A stretch of DNA of 64,000 nt, from positions 96,844,001-96,908,000 of the forward strand of contig NC_043003.1 of NCBI RefSeq assembly GCF_006345805.1, read 5' to 3'. Made by a program: the position numbers and the translations under genes. The notes under the pieces were generated by a model. That model ran no database searches and had not been told where the DNA came from. It saw only the letters and a program-made list of their open reading frames with translations. This DNA comes from Octopus sinensis. Its lineage: Eukaryota. Below are positions 38,650 to 53,555 of the stretch, one piece after another; the first letter of the stretch is position 1, and each line of letters begins with the position of its first letter.

Positions 38650-40000
38650 AGGTTCTGGAATATAGCCATGCTGATATGACAGACAAGTAAGGATAAGAAA
38701 AAGAAACTTTAGGCAAGGACGTTCACACAGAAAAAAAATGAGGTCCATAGACCAAACAGTGTTGAGGAGAACCTAAATTGATGACAAGAAGAAAGAACAG
38801 GGGTAACAGGAGACAACCCTATCCCACTCCAGTGATAATGTCAAATAATTCTGTGTTGCTGCTTTCAATTCTTACATAACAGCTTGAGTTGACATACAGT
38901 TCAAACTGCTAATAAGGCACCCATTTAACTTGTTTACACTTTTACCATTTTGAAAATCGGTACATGTTTTCAACGGTTGTGTTAGTTGAGTTTGATCTTA
39001 AGCATTAAGAGTCGTTGATGAGGATTAAGATGGTCTACATCAAAATCTGAAATCGTCGATCCGGCTATATATGTTGGGGACTTACCTCCCTTTGTCAGCC
39101 ATTAAGATAGTGCTTTTTGGCTTTTTAGTTGTTTAAGCTCTTCTTTCTAGAAATAGTGGTGCTAGTCAGTATTCCTTGTCACTTTTGTGATCTCTATAAA
39201 TTTTGTCTTTAGGTTCTCCTCGAAACTTTGGTCTATAGACCTCATTTTTTCCGTGTGAACGTCCATATCTCAAGTTTTTATTTCTATCGTTACTTGTCTA
39301 TCATATTCGTTTGGTTATATTCCAGCAGCTTACTCTCCTGACATCAGGAAATTGAAAATATTAGCAGTTAGTCCATTTGGGGCTTTCCACATGACAAAAT
39401 TGATGACCAGAAGAAACAACAGGTGTAACAGGAGACAAACCTGTCTCACTCTAGTGATAATGTCAAAGAATTCTGTATTGCTGCTTTCAGTTCTCACATA
39501 ACAGCTTGAGTTGACATACAGACCGTTAAAGATGGAGAGGCAATTGTCTGGTTCACAATATGCTTAGGAAATACACCACAACATTTCATAGTGTACACTG
39601 GCAAAAGTTTTTTTTTTAATCGATAAAATTGCTGACCAGTGGTGGCTGGAGTTCTACGCACTGCTCAAAAATGTCTTGCAATACGAAAATCTCTTCGGTG
39701 CATGATCTTGCTCGGAATCCTACTATATCATCCTTGAACTTTCTATTTAGTTGTGCATCTTTCAAATGTTATAACTAGACTGAGAAGACCTTGCTCGGCA
39801 CCGAGAACAGGGTCAGGTCCCACTAGGTACTCCAAATGCTTTATTAGCTTAATTATGGTACCTTTTCTCCAATCTTCTGGCACTGCCCCATTGTTTCTGA
39901 AAATCTTTTACCTGCTGGAGTGCATGGAAACCGTTGGTACTTCTAGGTGAAAAATCCCCAGCATTGGAGTCTCCATCAGTCTTTCCACTGCAAGCATTCT
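38650..40000 (-). mobile_element. Decayed RTE-like LINE RT fragments with local duplication/inversion
   Basis: Minus translation GFR..RSCTEEIFVL..IFEQC.E...FID..K.FASV, FDIITRVRQ.CLL..LLFLLVIN. 38778-38900 duplicates 39400-39520. Confidence 0.7.
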
Positions 40001-40429
40001 ATTTACTTTCATGGCTAGCATTTTCGGCTTCAGTTGCAGCACTGCCTGCTGAAGGTGATGTCTGATCTTACATCTGCACTTCTGTCTTTTTTTTTACATC
40101 ATTCAGACCTGAGTATCATCTCCTGCTGATGCAGTCGTAGTTGAGTTCATTCTAAATACTTACATTTTGTAAACACCATAAATACGTGTGTGCATAGTTA
40201 AATATTTGATTATGATGTAAATAGCATAATGCACATATTGTTTAAAAGTATATTTCTGGATGAAGTTCCGCGCTTTGAGATCTCAAAGCACCACGTGTGC
40301 CAAACTAGTTCATATCGGGGCTTCCGTCATGGTAAACAACACAGTATATCATGTTTTAACACAATATCCACATTTAAGCAAGGATAAATATTACCTTTTG
40401 GTATTAATATTGATTCTGTTACTCTCTCT

Positions 40430-41620
40430 CTCCCTCACACGTACACACACACACACACATAAGCACGCACGCAGGCACACGCGCGCTCGCGCACATGCAC
40501 GCCACTCACACAAACGTACATACACCTCCACACACACGAACGCACATACAACGCAACTCCACACACGAACGCACATACACCTACACACACACGACACACA
40601 CATAACCCACATACATGCACACACACATACATGCACACACACATACATGCACACACATATACACACGCACACACACGAACGCACGTACAACTCCACACAC
40701 GACACACACATAACACACATACATGCACACACATATACACACGCACACACACGCACGCATACACACACCTACATATACCTTCACACACTCAACACACACA
40801 TACATGCACACACATGCATACACATATGTACATACACACATGTACATACACGCACACACACACACACACACGTACGCACGAACGCACATATACCTCCACA
40901 CACACATATACACACGCACACACACACGCACGCACACACACACGCACGCACACACACACGCACGCACACACACACCTACATATACCTTCATACACACAAC
41001 ACACACATACATGCACACACATGCATACACATATGTACATACGCACATGTACATACACACACACACACGCACATACGAACGCACATATACCTCCACACAT
41101 ACGACACACACATACATGCACCCACATACATACACAGACATACATACACATACGTACATACACGCACACATACACACACGCACGCTCACACGCACACATA
41201 CATACACGCACGTACATACATGCACACGCACATATACATACACGCGCACTCACACATGAACGCATATATACCTCCACACACATAACATACATGCAGAACA
41301 CACACAACACACACATACATGCACACATATACATACACACACGTACATACACGCACGCATACAAATACACACTCGCACACACACGCATGCACACACAGGA
41401 ACTCACATATACTTCCACATACACAACCACAAGCATATACACACATACATACACATACACACGCACACACACACACATGAACGTAGATGGACAACACACA
41501 CACATACACACACACACATAATACACTCACACGCACATAAATACACATCCCCACACACACACACGAAAACATACACATACATATACAGAGAGAGACAGAC
41601 AGAGACAGTGGGACACACAC
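40430..41620. repeat. Degenerate (CA)n-rich region
   Basis: Direct reading. Confidence 0.9.
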
Positions 41621-41864
41621 GCAATTTATGCATATGCCCTCCACACATCCATACCCACGCATTCACACACCCTTCAGACCGCTTCTGAAACACCCTTCAA
41701 ACTGCCCCGACTCACTACTGACCATCTCATCTACGCACACGTGCAAAAACACACAACCGCCCATACATACACCTGTCACCATAGCTGCTACCTCACTCCG
41801 ACATAAACAGACACATGCAGATCACTCACATAAACATACACATATAAATAGTCAATACCACACA

Positions 41865-42215
41865 CACAACACACAACACACAGTTACCACAACACACAAC
41901 ACACAGTTACCACAACACACAACACACAGTTACCACAACACACAAACCACACAGTTACCAACAAACAAACCACACAGTTACCACAACACACAACACACGG
42001 TACCACAACACACAACACACAGTTACCACAACACACAGCACACAGTTACCACAACACACAACACACAGTTACCACAACACACAACACACAGTTACCACAA
42101 CACACAACACACAGTTACCACAACACACAACACACAGTTACCACAACACACAACACACAGTTACCACAACACACAACACACAGTTACCACAACACACAAC
42201 ACACAGTTACCACCA
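41865..42215. repeat. 23-bp minisatellite (CACACAGTTACCACAACACACAA)n
   Basis: About 14 tandem copies. Confidence 0.9.
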
Positions 42216-42529
42216 CACACACACACAGATGCCAACCATTATTCACACTCGCCTGTCCCAGGAACCACTTTCTCTTTGTCTATCTACTTTCGATCATTCC
42301 AAGATGTAACTACACGTGGACTCTTGGCGATTTTTTTCCTCCTTCTTCCTTTCCTTTTGGACTTTTCTGTTTCCTGTTTCCGAGGAAGAGCTTTGCCCGA
42401 AACGTAAAAAACCACTTCTTTTTTCCTTCTCTGGGCGTCTTATTAATACTTTGCATGAACCATGTCCATGCGTTGTTATTTTTCTCCTGTTGTCTTTTTC
42501 TCCGTTTCTTTAATTAATTGACTAACTAG

Positions 42530-42602
<73 letters not shown>

Positions 42603-42694
42603 AACCGCACTCACACACAATAAACGTACGCACGTGCATGCATATATATATATACATGCACGCACACACATACGCATGTATATATATAATATAT

Positions 42695-42745
<51 letters not shown>

Positions 42746-44879
42746 ATATATATATATATTATGCGTGCGTGTGTTGTGTGTGCGCGCATGATATCCATTG
42801 TCGTGTGAATGTTAATCTTACAATAGTGCTCATTATCTAGAGAGAGAGGGAATTGAAATAACATCTTCTATCCCGAAAATAATATAAATCTCTATAAACA
42901 GATATTAATCTATATCCTTTTATTCTTTTATTTGACTCAATCATGGTAGGGTATCACCCTAACGACTGTCCTAGGGTATCACCTTAGCGACCATGCTAGG
43001 GTATCACCTTGTATACAGATATTAGAATGATATCGTATGCTGCTCAAGAAATGATGCATTTAATAGTTTACAATATATTCCCTGGAACAGCGAGCTGGTC
43101 GAATCATTAGCACACCAGGTAAAATGCTTACCGGAATTTCGTCGGTCTTCCCGTTCTAAGTTCAAATTCCACCGAAGTCGGCTTTGCATTTCAACCCTTT
43201 CGGAGTCGATAAAGTAAGTATCAGTTAAGTATTGGGATCGATGTAATCGAATTATCACTCTCACCCGAAATTTCTGGCCTTTAGCTAAAGTTTGAAGTTA
43301 ATATTTAGGTTTGTCCTTTATACGTCTTAAGGTGACTGTCAACTTTATAGGGGCGGGGTACAACTGCAGTCGTTTTATGAATTATATTCTTCCGTAATAT
43401 ACCTGTGATCTTCAGACAAAAACACTCATCACTGTACTTACTTATGAAATATGTAATAGAAAATGATGATGATCATAATGATGTTGAAGAAACTGCGTAC
43501 TGGGATCGAACTTAAGAGAACCATATATAAATAAATATTGAGAAAATTATTCATACATTTGAAGCAGATTTAGCATTGACTAGTTCCGTTCTACTAGCAG
43601 TTATATGTTCTCATGGTGACCACCCCTTAATCCACATCACCTCATTCCCCCTTTCACAGAATCCTTTCATACGGCCATTAACATTTCTTCATACCTATTT
43701 GTTGCTGCTTCTCCGTACTCCATTTTTACTTCTTAGCTTCTTTTCATCCATGTTTTTCTATTTTGTCTCTCTTCTTTCATTTTTCTGAATTTCCTCAATG
43801 TTTGTCCCTCCCCCACCCAACACCGTCTGTTTTGTATATCTCTTTACTTCCTGTAACTTCATCTTTTCTATTTCTCTTGTGTTTGTCTTTTTGTTCTACC
43901 TTTTTTTAGGACTGTTTTCTCCTTTGCACATTCTTTTGTATCACTCTTCTTTTATCTTTCTTATTTCTTCTGTCTTCTTCATTTTTGCTGATTTTCTTTT
44001 CTTCATTCTTCTCCACTTCCCTCCCTTATATTTCATTTCTCTCTTGTCTTCATTTTGTTTATCATTTCTATATCTTTTCCATCATCTGATCTTCTTTTGA
44101 AGACGGTTTTTCTCTATTGTACATGTCTAGTTTGTCCTTTATTCGCTGCTTTTTTTTTCTTGTATTCACTACTGCATATATGTTCTCTATTATTTATTTT
44201 ATTTATTCAGCGAGTACTGTAGAGAAAACAGTAACCTAGTGGGCGAGTCACTATCACGTTCTAGTTTTATTTTTCAGTTGATGCAAGTTCACTAACAGCA
44301 TTAATACCAATGCGAATAATACAATTTTGTCATATTCTCCTATTCACCCCATCGCTCAGAATATGGAGAGCATTTCTAACAATTGGAAAATAATAAAAGA
44401 ACTAATATTTTTATTTTACTCTATGGCTACCATAGAACAAAAAGTAAGCGTATGACTTGCCGAATCGGCGATACAGTTACCTTTCGTTTTGATGGCATTT
44501 CACTCCATTTTCGGCACCAATTCTCTAAGAAAAGTGAACGCCTAACATCCCAAGACAATGCAAGTTTAAAATTAACATTTCAATGAATACAGCTCTGTGA
44601 TACAGTCCTACTTCTTTTATGTGTTCCAGTCAGTAATCTGAGCGGTGGCCACGGTCGGGCATTTTTGGTGCAGAAGTTGCTAGAATCATTAGCACGACGG
44701 ACAAAATGCTTTGCAGCATTTATTCTAGCTCTTTACATTTTCAGCTCAAATCTCGCCAAAGTTAACTTTACCTTTCATCCTTTCGGGGCCTATTAAAATA
44801 AGTGCTAGTTAACTGCTGTAATTGATGTAATCGACGATTTGTCCCTCTCCTGAAAATGTCTACACCTACTCTTTTATAC

Positions 44880-45079
44880 TCTTTTACTTGTTTCAGTCAT
44901 TTGACTGCGGCCATGCTGGAGCACCGCCTTTAGTCGAGAAAATCGACCCCGGGACTTAATCTTTGTAAGCCCAGTACTTATTCTATCGGTCTCTTTTGCC
45001 GAACCGCTAAGTGACGGGGACGTAAACACACCAGCTTCTGTTGTCAAGCAATGCTAGGGGTACAAACACAGACACACAA

Positions 45080-45120
<41 letters not shown>

Positions 45121-45290
45121 TACGACAGGCTTCTTTCATTTTCCGTCTACCAAATCCACTCACAAGGCATTGGTCTGCCCGGGGCTATAGCAGAAGACAC
45201 TTGCCCAAGATGCCACGCAGTGGGACTGAACCCGGAACCATGTGGCTGGTAAGCAAGCTACTTACCACACAGCCACTCCTGCGCCTATAC
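44880..45290 (-). mobile_element. Full-length tRNA-SINE with internal microsatellite
   Basis: Minus head AGGCGCAGGAGTGGCTGTGTGGTAAGTAGCTTGCTTACC..GGTTCCGGGTTCAGTCCCACTGCGTGGC; tail TGACTGAAACAAGTAAAAGAG. Confidence 0.8.
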
Positions 45291-46878
45291 AAATGTACAA
45301 AAATTAAAAAGAATTATTATTTTGTTAATATATATTTTGCTGCCAAGTGAGCAAAAAATAGTGGAGTGCCGGATAAAATGTCGCACAGTGTTGAATATTT
45401 TCTACATTTTGATTCAAATATAGCAAGAGCGATTTTAATTTTACAACTTCGAATAAATAAAGTATACATGATATATTGTACTTCTGGCGTAATTTAAAAA
45501 GAGACGAAGATAACTCAGTTTCAATCCCGAGCAGAAGTTTTATTTAGGCAATCAATAAATATCCTTGAAGAAAACCTGAAGTTGAAAGTCTAAGAAATAT
45601 GCGACCCTGTGTATAGATAACTAATTAACAAACTGAATAAATAAACAATACACTGGATAGGTTTCAAGTGACTGCATCTATTATCTACAAAATTCTGTCT
45701 TGTAATTAAATAGCAAATTTAGAACAAGCACCTGACTGAAGTGCTGGATGATGGGGTAATGTATTACAATGTTTAGTGTCATCTTTGAAGTGAAAAGCTG
45801 CTCCCTTTGACATCACATGTAATATTTTTAGATATTTTTTAGCGAAGAAAAGCAAAATTATATATACTGCGGTTAACGGAGCATAGATCAAGAGGGTAAC
45901 TTCCAGTAAGTTGTGTTCCCAGTTCCTACTTGAAGTTACCACCCGTACATTGTTATTTCCCATAGAAAAAGTATAGACATCCTAACTATCACATTAACAA
46001 GCATAAAATGTTGAACTGCCACGATTATTGGATCAAAGAAGTGGCTTGTGGTTCGGCAAAATTCTTCAAACCTTTGACAGGTACACTACGTTTAAATAAA
46101 ACGACAACCCAAATGTTCCCGTTTCTTTGTTCTCCCTTCTTCACATCGTCCTTTCTCTGTCTTTTCTATTAGACACTTTCTTTATTTCTCTCTTTCTCTC
46201 TCCCTCTCTTCCTTTGTCTTTCACTCAGTTTTTCCTTATTATCCTCATTTTCCATATTTAGCTCTTTTTTTTTTTTTTTACCAGACTCTATCATTCTCTT
46301 AGTTTCCTCTTTAATATCTTTTATGCTATATTTCCAATCTTCCTTTAGTAGTTTTCAACCCTCGAATAGCTTCCATTCGCTGTCCTTCGCCCAGTCCCAT
46401 CTTTCTCCTACTATCTCCAAATTTCTTCTTATTTCACCCTAACTTTTCGTTTATCGTTTCTTTCTTGTTCCTTTTCCACTTTACGTTTCCTGACTCTTGT
46501 TTATCAGGTATTTTCCTTCGTCTCTCTTTCTCCATTTTTTTCTTCTCTTGATTTCTTTTACTATCTATCATCCATTTTGTTCGGCCTCTTCTTTTTCATA
46601 GTTTTCTCATAATCTTCTTACTTCCATTTCCATCTCTAGTTATCTCTGCCACTTCTCTGTCTATTTTCCTTTTAAACATTCAAATTTTTATGTTCCTATT
46701 TTATCACATACTGTCCTAGTTTTTCCTTTACTTCTTTCATTCTTTCCCTCAAAATATACTCTTATAATTCACTCTTGCTCTCCTTTCATTTTACTCCGAT
46801 ATTTTTTCAATTCAAGCTACTTTCTGCCATTTTTTTTTGTTTATAGATGCATACAAACACACACACTCACACACATAT

Positions 46879-46922
<44 letters not shown>

Positions 46923-47143
46923 TATATGCATCACACACGCACGCTCGTAAATGTATGTAGTGTTCATATGCATATACATATATACATTCATGCATATATA
47001 CACACAAACATTCACACACACACACACACACACACTCACACACACATACATATATATATATATGTATGTATGCACATATCTATACAGATAAACAGATAGA
47101 TATACATACGTATAGATATATATGTATATGCATCGGTATGTGC

Positions 47144-47191
<48 letters not shown>

Positions 47192-47236
47192 ATATATATA
47201 TATGTACATGGATTCACCCACCCACCTATCTATCTC

Positions 47237-47282
<46 letters not shown>

Positions 47283-47318
47283 AATCTATCAATCTATGTA
47301 TTTCTGTGTATGTGTGTG

Positions 47319-47361
<43 letters not shown>

Positions 47362-47886
47362 TTACACACACGCACACATAGACATGCAGATAACTGCGTG
47401 TGTATGTACGTGTGTGTTTGTGCGCGTTTATGTGTTTGTGTGTGCTTAAAAAATTCTTTTTATGTTGTTTATTTCGTATTTTGTATTTTGTATTTTGTCC
47501 AAATCTGAAGCCTCCTTAAGTGTCTATAGAAATGGATTCTGGAAATTTCTTCTCAAAAATATCGATTGCGTATTTGGTTTAATGAATAGCTATTATGGTG
47601 AGAGTATCAACTGAAACATCAGTCACATTTCAAATCATTCGATTATGTTTTTTTTTAAAACCATTTTTCAAGAAACAAAATTATATCAACAATTATAAAG
47701 AAATAGATAATGGCCATCCGCGATATAATTGGTTAATTAATGTTAATATGAATATTTTAGAAAATGAAACATTTTGAAATAATATTTCTAAAATTAAATT
47801 AGTTATTCATCATACCGACCTCAAAACATTAATGTTAACTAGTTAAACGTTGAAACATTCGGTTCATGACAGAACCGATAAAGACA

Positions 47887-47978
<92 letters not shown>

Positions 47979-48229
47979 TGATGATGATAATAATAATAAT
48001 GAATAGTATCAAAAGGGAATAAATTAATCACAAAAGATATAAGATATGAGATAATAAGTTCATTTAAATGTTATCACAATCTATACCTACTTTTAAATAA
48101 TCTTGTATGTTTTAACTTCTTTATTTTCTCTTCCTTTTCCAAGCTAATTTCTTTTTGTTTCTTTGTGTTTTTCTTTCTTCCTCTCTCTCCTGGCAAATAT
48201 GTGTGTATGTATATATGTGTACATAGTAT

Positions 48230-48262
48230 ATATATATATATATATAATATATATATATATAT

Positions 48263-48296
<34 letters not shown>

Positions 48297-48418
48297 GCAT
48301 ATGTAATATATATATGTATGTATATGTAATATATATATGTATATGATATATATATATGTATATATATGTATGTATATATGTATGTATGTATATGTGCATA
48401 TATATATATATGTGTGTG

Positions 48419-48470
<52 letters not shown>

Positions 48471-48562
48471 ATACATATATATATATATATATAATGCATA
48501 TATGCGTATGTTTGTGTATACATGAGCGTGTAAGAGAGATAAAGATTGGGGAAGGCAGAGAT

Positions 48563-48600
<38 letters not shown>

Positions 48601-49293
48601 AGAGAGAGAGAGAGACCATGAAACAAAGTGAGTGAGAGAGGGAGGGGCGGGAAGGAGGGAGGGAGAAATAACGGAAAGCTATGTGCTTCAATAGTAATAT
48701 TGTTCGTTGAAAACATGGCGGATTTGCTTTTAGTGATTTGACGGTCGTAAATGTTTTTATTTCTTAAATAACCAGTAGCTCAATTATGAGTCGAAATTCG
48801 TTTCACTGACAACCTAATTGTGCAAGAGTAATGCTTTGTGTTTTTCTTTTATTGCATCTACGTTTGTTCAATTTTACATAGACTAACATTTAAAAGGTAA
48901 CTGTTATTTTTGTAATATGTTTATTGTTGTTTATTTATCGAAATACATTTAAATACATTTTAATTTGTCCTAACCTATTCATATACTTTAATGGAGATCT
49001 AATATAATGAGCTTGCTGAGAGGTCACCTCATATGTATATGTGTGTACGCGTGCGTGTGTACACATATATGTGCGCATATACGTATGTGTCTGTGTGTAT
49101 GAATGTATTGTGCATATATATATATATATATATATAATATATATATATATATTATATATATATATATGCATATGTAATATATATATGTATGTATATGTAA
49201 TATATATATGTATATGATATATATATATGTATATATATATGTATGTATATATGTATGTATGTATATGTGCATATATATATATGTGTGTGTATT

Positions 49294-49342
<49 letters not shown>

Positions 49343-49990
49343 ATACATATATATATATATATAATGCATATATGCGTATGTTTGTGTATACATGAGCGTG
49401 TAAGAGAGATAAAGATTGGGGAAGGCAGAGATAGAGATAGAGAGAGAGAGAGAGAGAGAGAAAGAGAAAGAGAGAGAGAGAGACCATGAAACAAAGTGAG
49501 TGAGAGAGGGAGGGGCGGGAAGGAGGGAGGGAGAAATAACGGAAAGCTATGTGCTTCAATAGTAATATTGTTCGTTGAAAACATGGCGGATTTGCTTTTA
49601 GTGATTTGACGGTCGTAAATGTTTTTATTTCTTAAATAACCAGTAGCTCAATTATGAGTCGAAATTCGTTTCACTGACAACCTAATTGTGCAAGAGTAAT
49701 GCTTTGTGTTTTTCTTTTATTGCATCTACGTTTGTTCAATTTTACATAGACTAACATTTAAAAGGTAACTGTTATTTTTGTAATATGTTTATTGTTGTTT
49801 ATTTATCGAAATACATTTAAATACATTTTAATTGTCCTAACCTATTCATATACTTTAATGGAGATCTAATATAATGAGCTTGCTGAGAGGTCACCTCATA
49901 TGTATATGTGTGTACGCGTGCGTGTGTACACATATATGTGCGCATATACGTATGTGTCTGTGTGTATGAATGTATTGTGCATATATATAT
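48230..49990. repeat. ~870-bp tandem duplication
   Basis: 48297... repeats at 49168...; near-identical unique core (GGAAAGCTATGTGCTTCAATAG...). Confidence 0.85.
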
Positions 49991-49992
49991 AT

Positions 49993-50027
<35 letters not shown>

Positions 50028-50485
50028 CTGTGTGTGTGTGTCTGTGTGTATGAATGTATTATGCATAAATATATATATATGTGTGTGTATGTATATATAT
50101 ATATTATATATGTTATGTATAGGTATATATCTGTACACATGAATATATGCTTATATATATGTATCTATATGTTTGCACTCTCACATACACATATACAGCA
50201 CATATACGTACACTTATTAAACTTCTAACTGTAATGGCCCCAATTAAGAGGCTCGTTCCAAATAGTTCCGAGATCAATCTCACCGCGTGGCACACGTTTC
50301 TTCAACAACAGCCCCACATTGACTAAAGCTTTGTGAGAGGTATTTTGTAGGATTCTTTACGTAATATGCCTTAGCAGCTCGACAAATAGACCTCAATAAA
50401 ATGGTATAAAAGCTAAAATTATCGAGGTCGGTATGATAATATCTCTGAACGCAATGCTCTCATACGTTTATGTTTACGCATGTAG

Positions 50486-50517
<32 letters not shown>

Positions 50518-50981
50518 TGTATGTATGTATGTATGTATGTATGTATGTATGTATGTATGTATGTATGTTATATTTTTGTTCATACGTGTGTCTATGTAAG
50601 GATATATGCACATAGGTGTAGGTATTTGCATCAAGACTTGTTTTTATGTATGTATATGTATCAGTGTGTATGTGAATGGATAGTTGTGTACTTACATACA
50701 TAACATGCATGTTTATACACACACACGTATGTATATACATACATATACCAATATCAGTGTTTGTAGCGTTTGCATATATAGTGTTTCATTTTTGGCTTTC
50801 CGGATTTTATTCATCGAAATTCTTTAATAAATAAAATCTTACTTCCAACCTAGAAAGCCTATTCACTTCAATTTATATATCAATTAGTTAGCCCTATAAA
50901 ATATATTAGGCTTTCATCCTAAAATATGTCGGCTAGTTTAATGTTGAAACACTTGTTCCATGACAGAACTAATAAACATAG

Positions 50982-51064
<83 letters not shown>

Positions 51065-51068
<4 letters not shown>

Positions 51069-51620
51069 GCCCTGATGCAGTACCAGGCAGTGGCTCTCAT
51101 GGCTTCTGATCTTAACTGATTGGAAGTGTTATCATGTACATTGTTTTGTCTTGGTATAAAAGATGGGCTACAGCAAATATTCTGCTCAATATTCTCCACA
51201 GATTTGCTTGTCAGTTGTTTGACCTTAACCAGTTGAGCATGTCCCTTAGTGGCTGACGATATGTGCATCTCTGATCACGAGCAGAAGTAGTGGGGGAGCA
51301 TCATAGCCATGTGTTGAGAAGGATTCTTTGGGGTTTGAATAATTCACCTCTGGAAACATGGGTGTTTCGTTCAACGTCCTTAAACAACCCTTATTCAGGG
51401 ACCTTTTGAGCGGGATGGGTTACTCGATCTGAAGAAAATTCTAACCTGCAAGGTCATGTGCTGTTTATCTTGATATGAGATCACCATGTCGCGCACATAT
51501 GGTTGTGATGCATGTGCCTGGTGTACCCTTATCAGACGGGTAGTCATGATGGGTATACTGGGCTTCGTATATTTTACCCCAGTGTCACTTTGATGGCATG
51601 CTCTGCTCACTCACTCAATA
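51065..51620 (+). mobile_element. Dispersed repeat (SINE-like) inserted in (TAA)n
   Basis: Flanked by TAA repeats; second copy at 26900-27120. Confidence 0.65.
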
Positions 51621-51632
51621 ATAATAATAATA

Positions 51633-51708
<76 letters not shown>

Positions 51709-51710
51709 TA

Positions 51711-51751
<41 letters not shown>

Positions 51752-51752
<1 letters not shown>

Positions 51753-52260
51753 AAAGAGCAAAAAAGTGGTACGAACATAAATCCGAAGGCATCATTGAAA
51801 ATAATAATGCAAAGATCCTATGGGATTTTATGATTCAGTGCGACCATGAGAATAGGAAATCAGACACAGTGTTAATTAAGAAAGAAAGCAAACGATGCTG
51901 GGTCATAGATATAGCATGCCCAGCTGATAACAAGGTGTTCGATAAGGAAGAAAGAAAAGTCGATAGATATGACAGGTTAGCTTGGGAGGTTAAGCAGTTG
52001 TGGTCGATGAAAAAGGATGTTAGTAGTACCAATAATTGTCGGAGGCCTGGGAACAGTGAGTAAAACTCTTGAGAAGTACGTGGAACAAATAGGGGCTGTA
52101 ATAAGGATGGAGCACTTGCAGAAAACAGCACTGCTTGGAACCGTTCGAATACTCCAGATGATGGTCAAAAAATAAGGGGTGTTACATTAGTTCACTGGTA
52201 ATGAACAGTTGACACCGTAGTACATCTCCAGCGTTAGAAGCTGTGCAAAGTCAATAAATA
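51752..52260 (+). mobile_element. R4/Dong-clade LINE 3' fragment (restriction-like endonuclease)
   Basis: WYEHK.E...N...KILWDFMIQCDH..RKSDTVLI....CWVIDIACP.D..KEERKVDRY..L, VVPIIVGGLG, LQKTALLGT; adjoins TTA/TAA repeats. Confidence 0.85.
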
Positions 52261-52493
52261 GTCATAATAATAACAATAATAATAATTTTTACTATATGCA
52301 CAAAACCTGCAATTTTGGGGAGGGGACGGGCCGATTACACCAACCCCAGTTCTTACCTGGTACTTGTTTTATCATTCTAGAAAGGATGAAAGGAAGAGTC
52401 AAGCTCGTCGGAATTTGAACTCAGAGCGTAAAGACGGATGCAATACTGCAAAGCATTTTATCCGGCGTGCTAACGATTCTGCCAGCTTCCCCT

Positions 52494-52614
<121 letters not shown>

Positions 52615-52619
52615 GATAA

Positions 52620-52990
52620 CACCTGGTAATCGACATAGCATGTCCTGGTGACAACAGTACCGAAGGGAAAGAGGACGGAAAAATGAACAACTATGATGAA
52701 TTAAAGTGGAAAATTCACAGGTTGTAGGAAATGAAGAGAGTTGACTTGATGCCAATAGTGATTGGTGCGCTTGGAAATATCAAACTCCAGCTATAACGTG
52801 GCTCAAAAAGATTAGGACAAATGTAAAGATAAAACACCTACAAAATTTAGCATTGCTGGGAACTGCAAGAGTTCTCCTCAGGGTTCTTGAAGCATGATCA
52901 GTAAACAAGTGTCACCCTAGTCTGCTGGCTGTGGCAGCTGACACTTTCCATCCTACCCAGCAAAATAAGCTGAGAGTTTTCATCAAAATA
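52620..52990 (+). mobile_element. Second R4/Dong 3' fragment
   Basis: IDIACPGD..YDELKW.I, PIVIGALG, HLQNLALLGTARVL; between TAA repeats. Confidence 0.8.
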
Positions 52991-53009
52991 ATGATAATGA
53001 TAATGATAA

Positions 53010-53555
53010 TTCGACCTTGCCAGTATTATGATGCTCTGCCCGTTTTGTCAGAGAGACAAAGACAGAACTTCAAGCATTCGATAGAAAATCTTGGAAGCTG
53101 CTGAGAGTGCACAATGCGCACCAGCCTAGAAGTAATATCGACAGAAAAGGAGACAGAGGATCCTTGAACTCAAATGACACAATGAAGAAAGAAAGCTATC
53201 GGTGACTAGAAATATCCAAGAAGTTGCTGAAACAGTAAGAGAATGCAAGAACAGAAGGAAGAGCCACAAAATAAATAACTGGAAAGAGAATGAATTACAT
53301 GACCAATGCATGCAATAAACCAAGGATGCTGGAAGTAAAGAACACTGGTTGTGGCTGGTGGATAGAAACTTGAAACGAGAATCTGAATTGTTAATAATAG
53401 CTGTTCAAGAACAATCTATTAGGACCAATTTTATAAAGGCAATGATTAATTAAAACTCAGTCGGGGAACAAACGCAGAGTTTATGGAAAAGGAGATGTAA
53501 GTATTAACCATTTGTTAAGTGAATGCAGCGGACTAGTACAAAAACAGTATTAAGT
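53010..53555 (+). mobile_element. Third R4/Dong fragment (post-RT region)
   Basis: ALPVL..ELQAFDRK..KLL..HNAHQPRSNIDR; WL....LKRESELLIIAVQEQSIRTN; INHLLSECSGL. Confidence 0.75.

Noticed and set aside
42365-42412. GAAGAGC..GCCCGAAACGTA hammerhead remnant
   Set aside because: CUGA is missing and stem II is mismatched; probably a decayed PLE terminus.
48230-49990. 870-bp duplication as a functional unit
   Set aside because: Non-coding, bounded by TA repeats and near-identical; slippage or an assembly artefact is more likely.
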